Shown in pieces: positions 9,741 to 19,492 of a stretch of DNA of 64,000 nt. The stretch comes from Spirochaetia bacterium (GTDB taxonomy: Bacteria; Spirochaetota; Spirochaetia; DSM-2461). The stretch is from assembly GCA_963666985.2 (NCBI GenBank), contig CAXXIA010000001.1, positions 448,001-512,000 of the forward strand. The letters run 5' to 3'. The position numbers were made by a program, and so were the translations under genes. Positions within the stretch are counted from its first letter, which is position 1. Every line of letters begins with the position of its first letter. The notes beneath the pieces are model-generated. The model was not told the DNA's origin and did not search any database. It saw only the letters and a program-made list of their open reading frames with translations.

Positions 9741-11120
9741 TCAGCTTATCATCGATTCCGGGTTCAAAAGCCGATCGATTTCATCCTCGGGGAGAATGCC
9801 GGATGCCTTCACGACTTCCCGTATGGTTTTTTTCGTTACAAAGGCTTCGTGGGCCAATGCGGCCGCTTTGTCGTAGCCGATTTTCAGCGCCAGGGGCGTT
9901 ACCAGAGCCAGGCTTTGCTCAATCCAGCCGGCGGCTCGTTCCGAGTCCGCTTCGATTCCGGCGATACAGCGTTCGGCGAAGGCTTTCGCCGCGTTGCCGA
10001 GAATCTCCATGGCGGTTAACGAGCACCAGGCGATCATCGGATGCATCATGTTCAGCTGAAGCGGTCCGGATGAGCCGCCGATGCTCACCGCCAGAGCCTG
10101 GCCGCGGGCAAAAGCGGCGGCCTGGATGACCATTTCGGGGATAACCGGATTCACTTTTCCCGGCATGATGGAGCTTCCCGGCTGGAGGGCCGGCAGGATA
10201 AGTTCCCCAAAACCGGCTCTGGGGCCGGATGATAGAAGCCGGATGTCTTCCGCGATTTTTCCCAGGGTAACGGCCACGGTATTCACGGCGCCCATCAGTT
10301 CCACTTGGGCGTCCCGGGAGGCGATGGCTTCAAACCGGCTGGGCGCTCCCGTGAAGGGAACGCCGGTTTCCTCGGCGATATAGGCAATGGCCGTATCCGC
10401 GAATCCTTCGGGACAGTTCAGACCGCTGCCCACGGCGGTACCGCCCAGAGCGAGTTCTTCCAGATGAGGGAGGGTTGAGGCGATGCGGCGAACGGATTTG
10501 GAGATCTGTTCCCGCCAGGCGCCGAATTCATCTCCGAGGGTCATGGGAACCGCGTCCTGGAGGTGGGTGCGCCCAAGTTTCAGCACCCGGGCAAATTCCG
10601 TTTCCTTGTCCGCAAGAGCTTTCTCAAGAGTTTTGAGGTTTTGAATAAGGGCGGCGGCGGCAAGACGGTTCGCGATGTGCAGGGATGTGGGAACAACATC
10701 GTTCGACGATTGGCTTTTATTCACATGATCGTTGGGATGAACCGGCGAGCGGGTTCCTTTTTCACCTCCGAGGGCGACATTGGCTTTGTTGGCGAGAACC
10801 TCGTTCATGTTCATGTTGGTGCTGGTGGCGCTGCCGGTTTGGAACACATCCACCGGGAATTCATTATCCAGTTTTCCGTCGATGACTTCCTCAGAGGCGG
10901 CGATGACGGCGTCGGCAAGATGCGGTTCGAGGCCTCCCAGCCTTTTGTTGGCCGCCGCGGCCGCTTTCTTTACCAAGGCCAGAGCTTTAATAAACGAAGA
11001 GGGCATGGTGAAGGAGGAAATGCCGAAATTTTCCACCGCCCGCCGGGTTTGGGCGCCGTACCAGCAGTCGGCGGGAAGTTCCACCTCCCCCATGGAATCC
11101 TGTTCGATTCTTGTTTCCAT
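9741..11120 (-). CDS. fumC: Class II fumarate hydratase
   Basis: GSSIMPGKVNP signature, QTGSATSTNMNMNEV, GRTHLQDA; RBS AGGAG before ATG 11120. Confidence 0.92.
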   Translation of the reverse strand: METRIEQDSMGEVELPADCWYGAQTRRAVENFGISSFTMPSSFIKALALVKKAAAAANKRLGGLEPHLADAVIAASEEVIDGKLDNEFPVDVFQTGSATSTNMNMNEVLANKANVALGGEKGTRSPVHPNDHVNKSQSSNDVVPTSLHIANRLAAAALIQNLKTLEKALADKETEFARVLKLGRTHLQDAVPMTLGDEFGAWREQISKSVRRIASTLPHLEELALGGTAVGSGLNCPEGFADTAIAYIAEETGVPFTGAPSRFEAIASRDAQVELMGAVNTVAVTLGKIAEDIRLLSSGPRAGFGELILPALQPGSSIMPGKVNPVIPEMVIQAAAFARGQALAVSIGGSSGPLQLNMMHPMIAWCSLTAMEILGNAAKAFAERCIAGIEADSERAAGWIEQSLALVTPLALKIGYDKAAALAHEAFVTKKTIREVVKASGILPEDEIDRLLNPESMIS

Positions 11121-11130
11121 GCGGACTCCT

Positions 11131-13782
11131 TTAAGCGCTGAGAATGCGCAGCACAAAAGACAGAATGCCTCCGGCCCGCCAGTAATCCATTTCCACCGCC
11201 GTATCGATGCGGCATGTTACGGGGATTTGCGCGGTTGTTCCGTTTTCGGATTCGGCCGTAAGAGTCAGGGATGCTCCCGGAGTTATCGTATCCAGCGAAG
11301 AGACCGACAGGATTTCCGACCCGTTGAGTCCGTAAGACTTAACCGAGCCGCCGCCGGTGAATTCCAGGGGCAGAATCCCCATGCCGATCAGGTTGGAGCG
11401 ATGGATGCGTTCATAGCTTTCGGCCACGACGAATTTAACTCCTTGGAGCATCGGCCCCTTGCCGGCCCAGTCCCGAGAGGAACCGGTTCCGTACTCCTTG
11501 CCCGCAAAAACGGCCAGCGGTGCTCCGGCTTCTCCCCAAGCCATGGCCGCGTCATAAATACTCACCGTTTTCCCATCCGGCCCTTTCGTATAGCCGCCCT
11601 CGATATCCTTTAACATGGCGTTCTTAATGCGGATATTGGCGAAGGTGCCTCTCATCATCACTTCATGATTTCCCCGGCGGCTTCCGAAGGAATTGAAATC
11701 GGCCGGTTCCACGCCGTGGGATTTCAGATAGAGTCCGGCCGGACCGTCGGGAGGGATGGTTCCCGCGGGAGAAATATGGTCGGTTGTGGTGGAATCGGGA
11801 AGAATCGCAAGAGTGCGGGCTCCCGTGATGGCCGAAGGGGAGCAAAAAGATGCGAATCCGTCGAAGAAGGGGGGACGGCGGATATAGGTACTCTCTTCTT
11901 CCCAGTCGTATCGTTCTCCGGAAGGAGCATCGAGAGTGCGCCATTGTTCCGGTCCGGTGAAAACATCCGCGTACGTTGCTCTGAAGAGTTCCGGGGTAAG
12001 GTGTGCGCCCAAGGCTTCGGAGATTTCCTCGGGTGACGGCCAAATATCTTTGAGATAAACCGGGGTGCCCTCGGCGTCTTCGCCCAGGGGGTCGTTTTCA
12101 AAGTTGACAAGGACGCTCCCCGCCAGCGCATAGGCCACCACCAGAGGAGGCGAGGCAAGGTAGCTGGCCTTGGAATCCGGACTCACCCGGCCGTCGAAAT
12201 TTCGATTTCCCGAAAGAACGTTCGCCGTTACAAGGTCGCCTTCGACGACGGCTTTTTTGACTTCCGGCGGAAGCGGTCCCGAATTTCCGATGCAGGTGGC
12301 GCATCCGTAGCCGATAAGCTGGAATCCCTGAGCGTCGAGATATTCGGTCAAACCGGCTTTCTCCAGGTAGGCGGTTACCACGCGGCTTCCGGGCGCAAAA
12401 GACGTTTTCACCCAAGGTTTGGTTTTTATCCCTTTTTCAAGAGCTTTCTTGGCCACCAATCCCGCCGCCACAAGGACCGCCGGATTGGATGTGTTGGTAC
12501 AGCTTGTAATGGAGGCGATGGCCACATCGCCGTGAGTGAGATTGTGGTCGATTCCGTCGATTTTCACCGCCCGGCGGGACGGCGCGCCGTTTATGCCGTA
12601 GACATCACTGAGTGATTTGCGGAAGCTTGAGGGAATTTCGGTGAGGGGAATAAGATCCTGGGGCCGGCGCGGGCCTGACATCGAGGGAACCACATCGTTC
12701 ATATTCAGGATGAGCTGATCGGTGTAGTTCGCCGGATTCTCATCGTCGCGCCACATTCCCTGCGCTTTTGCATAGGCTTCCACGAGGGCGACTTGCGATT
12801 CATCGCGTCCCGTGAGACGCAGATAGGAAATCAGTTCATCGTCTATGGGGAAAATGCCGCAGGTGGCGCCGTATTCGGGGGCCATGTTGCTTAAGGTGGC
12901 CCTGTCGGCCAGAGAAAGGGAACTTAAGCCCGATCCGTGGAATTCGACGAATTTGCCCACGACGCCTTTGGCGCGGAGCATTTTAACGACGGTGAGAACC
13001 AAGTCGGTGGCGGTGCATCCGGCCGGAAGATTCCCTTCCAGCTTAAAACCGACGACATCGGGAATGAGCATGGTCACCGGCTGCCCCAGCATGGCCGCCT
13101 CGGCTTCGATTCCTCCCACGCCCCATCCGAGAACGCCCAGGCCGTTGATCATCGTGGTGTGGCTGTCGGTGCCGACGACGGTATCCGGGTAGACAATTGT
13201 TTTTCCGGAATATTGTCCGCTCCACACCACTTTGGCCAGGTATTCGAGATTTACCTGGTGGATAATGCCTGTTCCCGGGGGAACCACGCGGAAATTACCG
13301 AAGGCGCTTTGACCCCATTTTAAGAAGCGGTAACGCTCTCTGTTCCGTTTGAATTCGAGCGTAACATTCTTTTCATAGGCGTCTTTCGAACCGAAGTGGT
13401 CCACCATCACCGAATGGTCGATTATCAGATCTACGGGGATTTGCGGATTGATCTTCGAGACATCACCGCCGTTTTCCGCCAGGGCATCGCGCATGGCCGC
13501 CAGATCCACGACCGCCGGAACTCCGGTGAAGTCCTGCATCACCACGCGGGCGGGGTGATAGGCAATGTCTCTTTGCTCCGAGTTTTCAGGGCTCCAGGAT
13601 GCCAGAGCCGCAATGTCTTGTGCATCGACAGCCGGTGAATCGGCGTTCCTGAGGAGATTTTCAAGAAGGATTTTCAAAGAAAAGGGCAGACGGGAAATAT
13701 CCAGCCCTTGAGAAGCGGCATAGTCTTGAATGTCGCAGTATTCGTAGGTTTTCTCTCCAACGGAAAGACTGTTTGTGGTCAT
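11131..13782 (-). CDS. acnA: Aconitate hydratase A
   Basis: MQDFTGVPAVVDLAAMRD, GTDSHTT, ITSCTNTSNP, GYGCATCIGNSG. Confidence 0.96.
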   Translation of the reverse strand: MTTNSLSVGEKTYEYCDIQDYAASQGLDISRLPFSLKILLENLLRNADSPAVDAQDIAALASWSPENSEQRDIAYHPARVVMQDFTGVPAVVDLAAMRDALAENGGDVSKINPQIPVDLIIDHSVMVDHFGSKDAYEKNVTLEFKRNRERYRFLKWGQSAFGNFRVVPPGTGIIHQVNLEYLAKVVWSGQYSGKTIVYPDTVVGTDSHTTMINGLGVLGWGVGGIEAEAAMLGQPVTMLIPDVVGFKLEGNLPAGCTATDLVLTVVKMLRAKGVVGKFVEFHGSGLSSLSLADRATLSNMAPEYGATCGIFPIDDELISYLRLTGRDESQVALVEAYAKAQGMWRDDENPANYTDQLILNMNDVVPSMSGPRRPQDLIPLTEIPSSFRKSLSDVYGINGAPSRRAVKIDGIDHNLTHGDVAIASITSCTNTSNPAVLVAAGLVAKKALEKGIKTKPWVKTSFAPGSRVVTAYLEKAGLTEYLDAQGFQLIGYGCATCIGNSGPLPPEVKKAVVEGDLVTANVLSGNRNFDGRVSPDSKASYLASPPLVVAYALAGSVLVNFENDPLGEDAEGTPVYLKDIWPSPEEISEALGAHLTPELFRATYADVFTGPEQWRTLDAPSGERYDWEEESTYIRRPPFFDGFASFCSPSAITGARTLAILPDSTTTDHISPAGTIPPDGPAGLYLKSHGVEPADFNSFGSRRGNHEVMMRGTFANIRIKNAMLKDIEGGYTKGPDGKTVSIYDAAMAWGEAGAPLAVFAGKEYGTGSSRDWAGKGPMLQGVKFVVAESYERIHRSNLIGMGILPLEFTGGGSVKSYGLNGSEILSVSSLDTITPGASLTLTAESENGTTAQIPVTCRIDTAVEMDYWRAGGILSFVLRILSA

Positions 13783-13911
13783 GGGAGCCTCGATGAGATT
13801 TGATGTGATTATGATAGGCGAGAGGAGCCTTGCTGTTCAAGGAAGGGCGGGCGCATAATAATCGGTACGGTATGGAATAAAAGAAGAGCGGAGTGTGAGA
13901 ATTCAGTGCCG

Positions 13912-13946
13912 GAATCCCGTAAAACCCATGGTGTTTCGCGGGATTC
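13912..13946. terminator. Stem-loop downstream of the beta-barrel gene / upstream of acnA
   Basis: GAATCCCG...CGGGATTC inverted repeat with an imperfect inner stem. Confidence 0.45.
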
Positions 13947-13959
13947 GGATGTTTTTCCG

Positions 13960-14565
13960 CTAGAAGCGGATGAGAAAACCGAGAGTCAGATTTTCAACGT
14001 CCAGAGGCGAATCCATATAGGCATAGGCTTCCGATTGTTCCCCGGATCCCGTGTCATAAGTACTTTTATAAAGAGATAGACTTAAAGCATCCCAGGTAAA
14101 TCGAAACGTCAGCCGGTCGGTCATGTTCAGATCCATGAATAATGGAACAGATGCATTAAAGGCAATCCGCATATAAGAATCATACGTGGAAGTTTCGGGA
14201 TAATAACCGTAACCCAATCGAACTTTTACCCCGGCGCCCAAGGATATGACGTTCGTATTGACGAAGTGGTAATAAAAAGACGAGCCGATTCCGAGAAACG
14301 TCCATCGCACGTCAATCTCTCCATTCGTTTTTTCCGCCGACGTATATAAAGTGAGAAACGGAACCAGTTCCATTTTTTCGTTCAGCATAATGGAGAGGAA
14401 CGGCTGAAAACTTAAAGAGTTGGTTTGACTCTTATCTCCCGAGGTGTCTTTGGCGGTATATCCGTCCAAATCGATCGACAGCCCCGCGCCGAATTGACGG
14501 TTTTCGGCCCAGCCGAAGGATACCGCAGAGAGGAAGACAAGAAGTAAGAAAAGCCACTTTTTCAT
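13960..14565 (-). CDS. Outer-membrane beta-barrel protein
   Basis: Signal peptide, alternating aromatic strands, C-terminal LTLGFLIRF (terminal Phe). Confidence 0.7.
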   Translation of the reverse strand: MKKWLFLLLVFLSAVSFGWAENRQFGAGLSIDLDGYTAKDTSGDKSQTNSLSFQPFLSIMLNEKMELVPFLTLYTSAEKTNGEIDVRWTFLGIGSSFYYHFVNTNVISLGAGVKVRLGYGYYPETSTYDSYMRIAFNASVPLFMDLNMTDRLTFRFTWDALSLSLYKSTYDTGSGEQSEAYAYMDSPLDVENLTLGFLIRF

Positions 14566-14691
14566 AAATATTAACTCCTAACCAAGCAAGCTTTCCAATA
14601 TTAACATTCGATCATTAATAAAATCAATTAATATCAATTAATTATTGAATAATCGAAGAGAGCGTTTCGAATATGTTTTTTGACTTTTTCT

Positions 14692-15360
14692 TCAGCGCGG
14701 TTTCACAACCGTCGAGATTTTCTCGATGGTCATGTCCTTCAGGTCGGAAACAAGGGCATCGGCTCCGGTTAATCCGGCGTTCCCCACGCCGATAACGGCC
14801 ATTCCCGCGGCTTTCCCCGCATCGACTCCGGACTGGGCGTCTTCAAAGACGACGCATTCGGAAGGCGGTACCGCAAGGGCTTCGGCCCCTTTGAGAAAGA
14901 CTTCCGGATGAGGCTTGCTGTGCGTGATGGAATTGCCGTCGACGACGGCGTCGAATATATCCGCAAGGCCTATTTTTTCAAGGATAAGCGGAGTGTTTCT
15001 GCTGGAAGAGCCGATGGCGATAAGCATGCCCGAATTACGAAGGTTTTCAAGAAGACTTTGAACGCCGGGAAGGATGTCGCCGGGACCGAGTTCTTCGAGC
15101 AGATCTCTATAGAAAGTGTTTTTCGCCGTCAGCATCGCCTCGAATTGATCCGAGGGAACCTCGGCGCTGTTCGCTTTCAGGATGAGTTTAAGACTTTCGG
15201 CCCGGCTGACGCCTCTGAGGGAATGATTCAGATTTCGGTCGAAGGCATAGCCGTTCTCATCGGCCAAGGCTTTCCAGGCTTTATAATGGCATTCGTCGGT
15301 GGAGACGATGACTCCGTCGAGATCGAAGATAACCAGGCGGATACGGGATGGTTCGCTCAT
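14692..15360 (-). CDS. pgmB: Beta-phosphoglucomutase (HAD)
   Basis: IFDLDGVI, HYKAWK, LRGVSR, SKPHPEVF, VFEDA. Confidence 0.9.
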   Translation of the reverse strand: MSEPSRIRLVIFDLDGVIVSTDECHYKAWKALADENGYAFDRNLNHSLRGVSRAESLKLILKANSAEVPSDQFEAMLTAKNTFYRDLLEELGPGDILPGVQSLLENLRNSGMLIAIGSSSRNTPLILEKIGLADIFDAVVDGNSITHSKPHPEVFLKGAEALAVPPSECVVFEDAQSGVDAGKAAGMAVIGVGNAGLTGADALVSDLKDMTIEKISTVVKPR

Positions 15361-15568
15361 AAACGGATGATACCACGGGAGGCGCGGGTACGGGAAAGGC
15401 CGCCGGCGGGAAAGGAGGAAGATCGGAGAGGTTTCGGCAGATATTTCGGGGAGAACGGGAAGAAACGCTTCCCGGCGATGGGATGAGGCCGGCTTTGGGG
15501 ATTACAAAAAAAACTTCGCTTGTCATGATGGACCGTAGGCACGATTCTATGAGAATCGGAGGAAGATA

Positions 15569-16861
15569 ATGGCGGACATTCTGATAAAAAACGCGTATCT
15601 GCTCACTATGGATCCGGATAGAGGCGATATCGAACGCGGATCGATCGCCGTAAAGGACGGCGTGATAACTCATGTCGGCACGAATACGGAAGAATCGGCG
15701 GATGAGGTTATCGACGCATCGGGCCGAGTCGTTATGCCGGGATTGGTGAATACTCACGGACATGCGGCCATGACTCTTTTGCGGGGAATGGCCGACGATG
15801 TTTCCCTGCGGACGTGGCTGGAAGATCGGATTTGGCCGGCCGAGGGGAAGCTGACCTCTTCCGATATCCTTTTGGGAAGCCGTCTGGCCTGTCTTGAGAT
15901 GATTAAATCGGGTACGACGGCTTTCGCGGATATGTATTTTCATGAGGATCAGACGGCAAGGGCGGTGGAGGAATCCGGACTGAGGGCCGCGCTCTGCTAC
16001 GGGATGATCGATTTGGGCGATAAGGAGAAAGGCGAGAGGGAACTGGCCGAGGGCGAGAGATTTTTCCATGCATGGAACAACGCGGCCGAAGGTCGCATTA
16101 CGGCGATGTTCGGTCCGCATGCGCCCAATACGTGTTCGCCGCCGTTTCTTGAACGGGTTCGAGATAAGGCCCTTGAGGCCGGTGCCGCAATGCAGATCCA
16201 TATTCTGGAAACCGAAGCGGAGAAAAAGGCGATTGAAGATGAGCACGGAAAAGGGGCGATTGTATACCTCGATGAAATGGGATTCTTCGAATCATCGGTT
16301 GTGGCCGCGCATTGTGTTTGGCCCTCCGAAGAGGAAATCGGGATTCTGGCCGAACGCGGTGTGCATGTTTCCCACAATCCGGTAAGCAATATGAAGCTTT
16401 CATCGGGAATCGCGCCGGTGGCTCAAATGCTGAGAGCCGGTGTGAATCTTTCTTTGGGAACGGACGGATGCGCTTCGAACAACAACTTGGATTTATTTGA
16501 GGAAATGAAGATTGCGGCGTTGCTCCAGCAGGTGGCCACGAAAGATCCGACGGCTCTTTCGGCGCGCCGGGTTTTGGAGATGGCGACGGTGAACGGAGCG
16601 GCGGCTTTGGGTTTCGACGGGGGAATGATTCGGGCGGGTAAAAAGGCCGATCTCATCATCGTTGATTTCACCAAGGCCCACCTTATGCCTGTTTATGATG
16701 TTCCTTCCCACTTGGTTTATGCCGCGGGCGGAGCCGATGTTGAAACGACGATTGCCGATGGAAAAATCCTTATGAGGGATAGAGAGGTTTTGAGTTTGGA
16801 TGAAAGGGAGATTCTCCGTGACGTTTCTCACTTTTCAAGGGGCCTTCACTTAAAAGGCTGA
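15569..16861 (+). CDS. mtaD: 5'-methylthioadenosine / SAH / 5'-deoxyadenosine deaminase (MtaD/DadD)
   Basis: Amidohydrolase motifs NTHGHAAMTLLRG, GPHAPNTC, HILET, HNPVSNMKL, LGTDGCASNNNLD; adjacent to ahcY. Confidence 0.88.
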   Translation: MADILIKNAYLLTMDPDRGDIERGSIAVKDGVITHVGTNTEESADEVIDASGRVVMPGLVNTHGHAAMTLLRGMADDVSLRTWLEDRIWPAEGKLTSSDILLGSRLACLEMIKSGTTAFADMYFHEDQTARAVEESGLRAALCYGMIDLGDKEKGERELAEGERFFHAWNNAAEGRITAMFGPHAPNTCSPPFLERVRDKALEAGAAMQIHILETEAEKKAIEDEHGKGAIVYLDEMGFFESSVVAAHCVWPSEEEIGILAERGVHVSHNPVSNMKLSSGIAPVAQMLRAGVNLSLGTDGCASNNNLDLFEEMKIAALLQQVATKDPTALSARRVLEMATVNGAAALGFDGGMIRAGKKADLIIVDFTKAHLMPVYDVPSHLVYAAGGADVETTIADGKILMRDREVLSLDEREILRDVSHFSRGLHLKG

Positions 16862-16989
16862 AGGTTTGATAATAAATGACCGGCAGGCGGACCGGCGGAG
16901 AGTGTGTAGCCGCCTGTTACGATGAATTCGCCCAAACCCGACTGACCGATTACGTCCGGCGGACGGCGAACTCTTTAAGGGAGAGGACT

Positions 16990-18225
16990 ATGGCGAGTAA
17001 TGAGATATTGGAATCCGGGAATTTGAAAATTGCGTGGGCTCGTGAGCATATGCCCGTTTTGGCCGCGGTACGGGAGCGCTTTCTTGCCGAAAAGCCTTTA
17101 AAGGGCAGGAAGGTCGGCATGGCTCTGCATGTCGAGGCGAAGACGGCGGTTCTCGTGGAAACCCTGGCGGCCGGCGGGGCGGAAGTGGCTATTACCGGAT
17201 GCAATCCGTTAAGCACGCAGGACGATGTTTCGGCCGCGCTCGACACCCGCGGGAATATCCGGTGTTATGCGAAATACGGCTGTTCCAATAAAGAGTATTA
17301 CGAAGCCATCGATAAGGTTCTGGATTTCAATCCGGATATTACCATCGACGACGGCGGAGATTTGATTTTTAAAATTCATTCGGAGCGGCCTCACATGCTC
17401 AATACGCTTCTGGGCGGCTGCGAGGAAACCACGACGGGGATTCATCGGCTGAAAGCCATGGAGCGGGACGGCGCGCTCAAAATGCCGGTTATCGCCGTGA
17501 ACGATGCGATGACCAAATATCTGTTCGACAACCGCTACGGGACCGGTCAGTCCTCCTGGGACGGAATCATGCGGACGACGAATCTTCTGATTGCCGGAAA
17601 AAATGTCGTTATCGGCGGTTACGGATGGTGCGGAAAGGGCGCCGCGATGCGTGCCAAGGGGCTGGGCGCCCGGGTTATCGTAACCGAAATTGATCCGGTT
17701 AAGGCTTTGGAAGCACGGATGGACGGCAACGACGTGATGCCCATGGAAGAGGCGGCCGTTATCGGCGACATTTTCCTGACCGCCACGGGAAATCGGGATG
17801 TGATTTGCCGCAGGCATTTTAAGGTGATGAAGGACGGCGCCATTCTGGCGAATACCGGTCATTTCAACGTGGAAGTGAACGTGGAGGAGCTTGAAGCGAT
17901 GGCCAAATCCTCCAGAACCGTCCGGAACAATATCATGGAATACGATTTGGGCGACCGGAAGGTGAATGTCCTGGCCGAAGGACGGCTGGTGAATCTTGCC
18001 GCCGGAGACGGTCACCCGGCCGAAGTGATGGATATGAGTTTCGCGGACCAGGCTCTGTGTACCGAGTATATTGCGAATCACAAGCTGGAAAACGGCGTTC
18101 ATGCGGTTCCCGAAGAGCTGGATGTGAGCGTGGCCCGCCTTAAATTGGCTTCGATGGGGATTTCTTATGACACCCTCACTCCGGAGCAGGCCGAATATAT
18201 GGACGGCTGGTCCAGCGGAACTTGA
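16990..18225 (+). CDS. ahcY: Adenosylhomocysteinase family, probable S-inosylhomocysteine hydrolase (411 aa)
   Basis: CNPLSTQD, EETTTG, KYLFDNRYGTGQS, GYGWCGKG, GRLVNL..GHP; RBS GAGGA before ATG 16990. Confidence 0.95.
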   Translation: MASNEILESGNLKIAWAREHMPVLAAVRERFLAEKPLKGRKVGMALHVEAKTAVLVETLAAGGAEVAITGCNPLSTQDDVSAALDTRGNIRCYAKYGCSNKEYYEAIDKVLDFNPDITIDDGGDLIFKIHSERPHMLNTLLGGCEETTTGIHRLKAMERDGALKMPVIAVNDAMTKYLFDNRYGTGQSSWDGIMRTTNLLIAGKNVVIGGYGWCGKGAAMRAKGLGARVIVTEIDPVKALEARMDGNDVMPMEEAAVIGDIFLTATGNRDVICRRHFKVMKDGAILANTGHFNVEVNVEELEAMAKSSRTVRNNIMEYDLGDRKVNVLAEGRLVNLAAGDGHPAEVMDMSFADQALCTEYIANHKLENGVHAVPEELDVSVARLKLASMGISYDTLTPEQAEYMDGWSSGT

Positions 18226-18242
18226 GGGACCGGCGATTTAGG

Positions 18243-19481
18243 ATGCTGATGAAGACGACGGAAACACGGAAAAGGCTTGAGAGTTTTGTTTTCGATTTGC
18301 CCATTCATGAACTCCGGAGAGGGTATCGAAGCGATATTTATTTTTGGCGCGAAAAGCGCACTCTGGAGATTCATAATCGTCATCCGACGGCACTGATGCA
18401 GGTCTTTCAGAAGAAATCCGCGGTTCTTTGCGGAATCGACGAGGCTCTGGCCGTCTTAAAAGTCGGCAGCGGCCGCTATCGGGAATATCCCCGGGCGGTG
18501 AAGCTTTTCGATGAGTATATCGCCGTGAAAGAGCAGGCCCGCCGTACCTACGGATCGAACAGGGAAAAATGGCTGGAAACTCAGCGGCGCAGAACGGAAA
18601 TCGCCGAAGAGCTTGATGCCCTCTGGGAAGACGGTTATCCGTCTTTGGAAGTGAAGGCGCTTCATGACGGCGACGAGATCGGTCCCAGGGAGACGGTTCT
18701 GACCATTAAGGGCGATATTACTCTGTTCGCTCATCTTGAAACCATCTATCTGGGAGTTCTGGCTCGGCGAACCCGCATCGCCACCAATGTCCGCAGAGTG
18801 GTGGAGGCGGCGGGCGGCACTCCGATTTTGTTCTTCCCCGCCCGGTTCGATCATTGGGCGGTTCAGGGCGGAGACGGATACGCGGCGCATGTCGGCGGCG
18901 TTCTGGGCGTGTCGACACGAGCCCAGGCCGAATGGTGGGGAGCCGGTGCGTCGGGCACCGTTCCTCATGCGCTGATCGCCGCGGTGGGGGGCGATACGGT
19001 CGAAGCCACTCGGCTTTTCGGCCAAGCGTATCCCGATACGCAGCTCGTTTCTCTGGTTGATTTCGACAACGATTGCGTCAATACGGCCCTTGCCTGCGCT
19101 CGGGAGCTGGGAGACAAGCTGTGGGGTGTTCGGCTGGATACCTCGGAAACCATGGTGGATAAAAGCCTTCATAACCATCTGGGCGACTATACGCCCACCG
19201 GCGTTGTTCCGGAATTGGTTTTTCGCGTTCGGGAGGCACTGGACCGGGAAGGTTTTGAACATGTGAAGATTGTCGTTTCCGGCGGATTCAATCCTGAGAA
19301 AATCGCGCAGTTCCGCGCTCTTAATGTTCCGGTGGATTCTTACGGCGTGGGAAGCGCCCTTATGGGCGGCAATTTTGATTTTACCGCGGATATCGTGGAA
19401 GTGGACGGCTCCCCCATGGCCAAGGCGGGACGCCGAATCCGGCCGAACGACAGATTGGAAAACGTATCAAGATCTTCATAA
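18243..19481 (+). CDS. pncB: Nicotinate phosphoribosyltransferase (QPRTase-like type)
   Basis: SDIYF, GTVPHALI, LVDFDND, GVRLDT, VSGG, YGVGS; followed by pncA. Start uncertain (18222-18249). Confidence 0.8.
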   Translation: MLMKTTETRKRLESFVFDLPIHELRRGYRSDIYFWREKRTLEIHNRHPTALMQVFQKKSAVLCGIDEALAVLKVGSGRYREYPRAVKLFDEYIAVKEQARRTYGSNREKWLETQRRRTEIAEELDALWEDGYPSLEVKALHDGDEIGPRETVLTIKGDITLFAHLETIYLGVLARRTRIATNVRRVVEAAGGTPILFFPARFDHWAVQGGDGYAAHVGGVLGVSTRAQAEWWGAGASGTVPHALIAAVGGDTVEATRLFGQAYPDTQLVSLVDFDNDCVNTALACARELGDKLWGVRLDTSETMVDKSLHNHLGDYTPTGVVPELVFRVREALDREGFEHVKIVVSGGFNPEKIAQFRALNVPVDSYGVGSALMGGNFDFTADIVEVDGSPMAKAGRRIRPNDRLENVSRSS

Positions 19482-19492
19482 AGGGAAAAGAC

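Noticed and set aside
14600..14655. AT-rich ATCAATTA repeats resembling the LysR island promoter (AATTATTGAAT at about 43373)
   Set aside because: Low-complexity AT sequence; the similarity could easily be chance.
15361..15568. SAM-I or SAH riboswitch upstream of mtaD
   Set aside because: No consensus elements found; only short palindromes.
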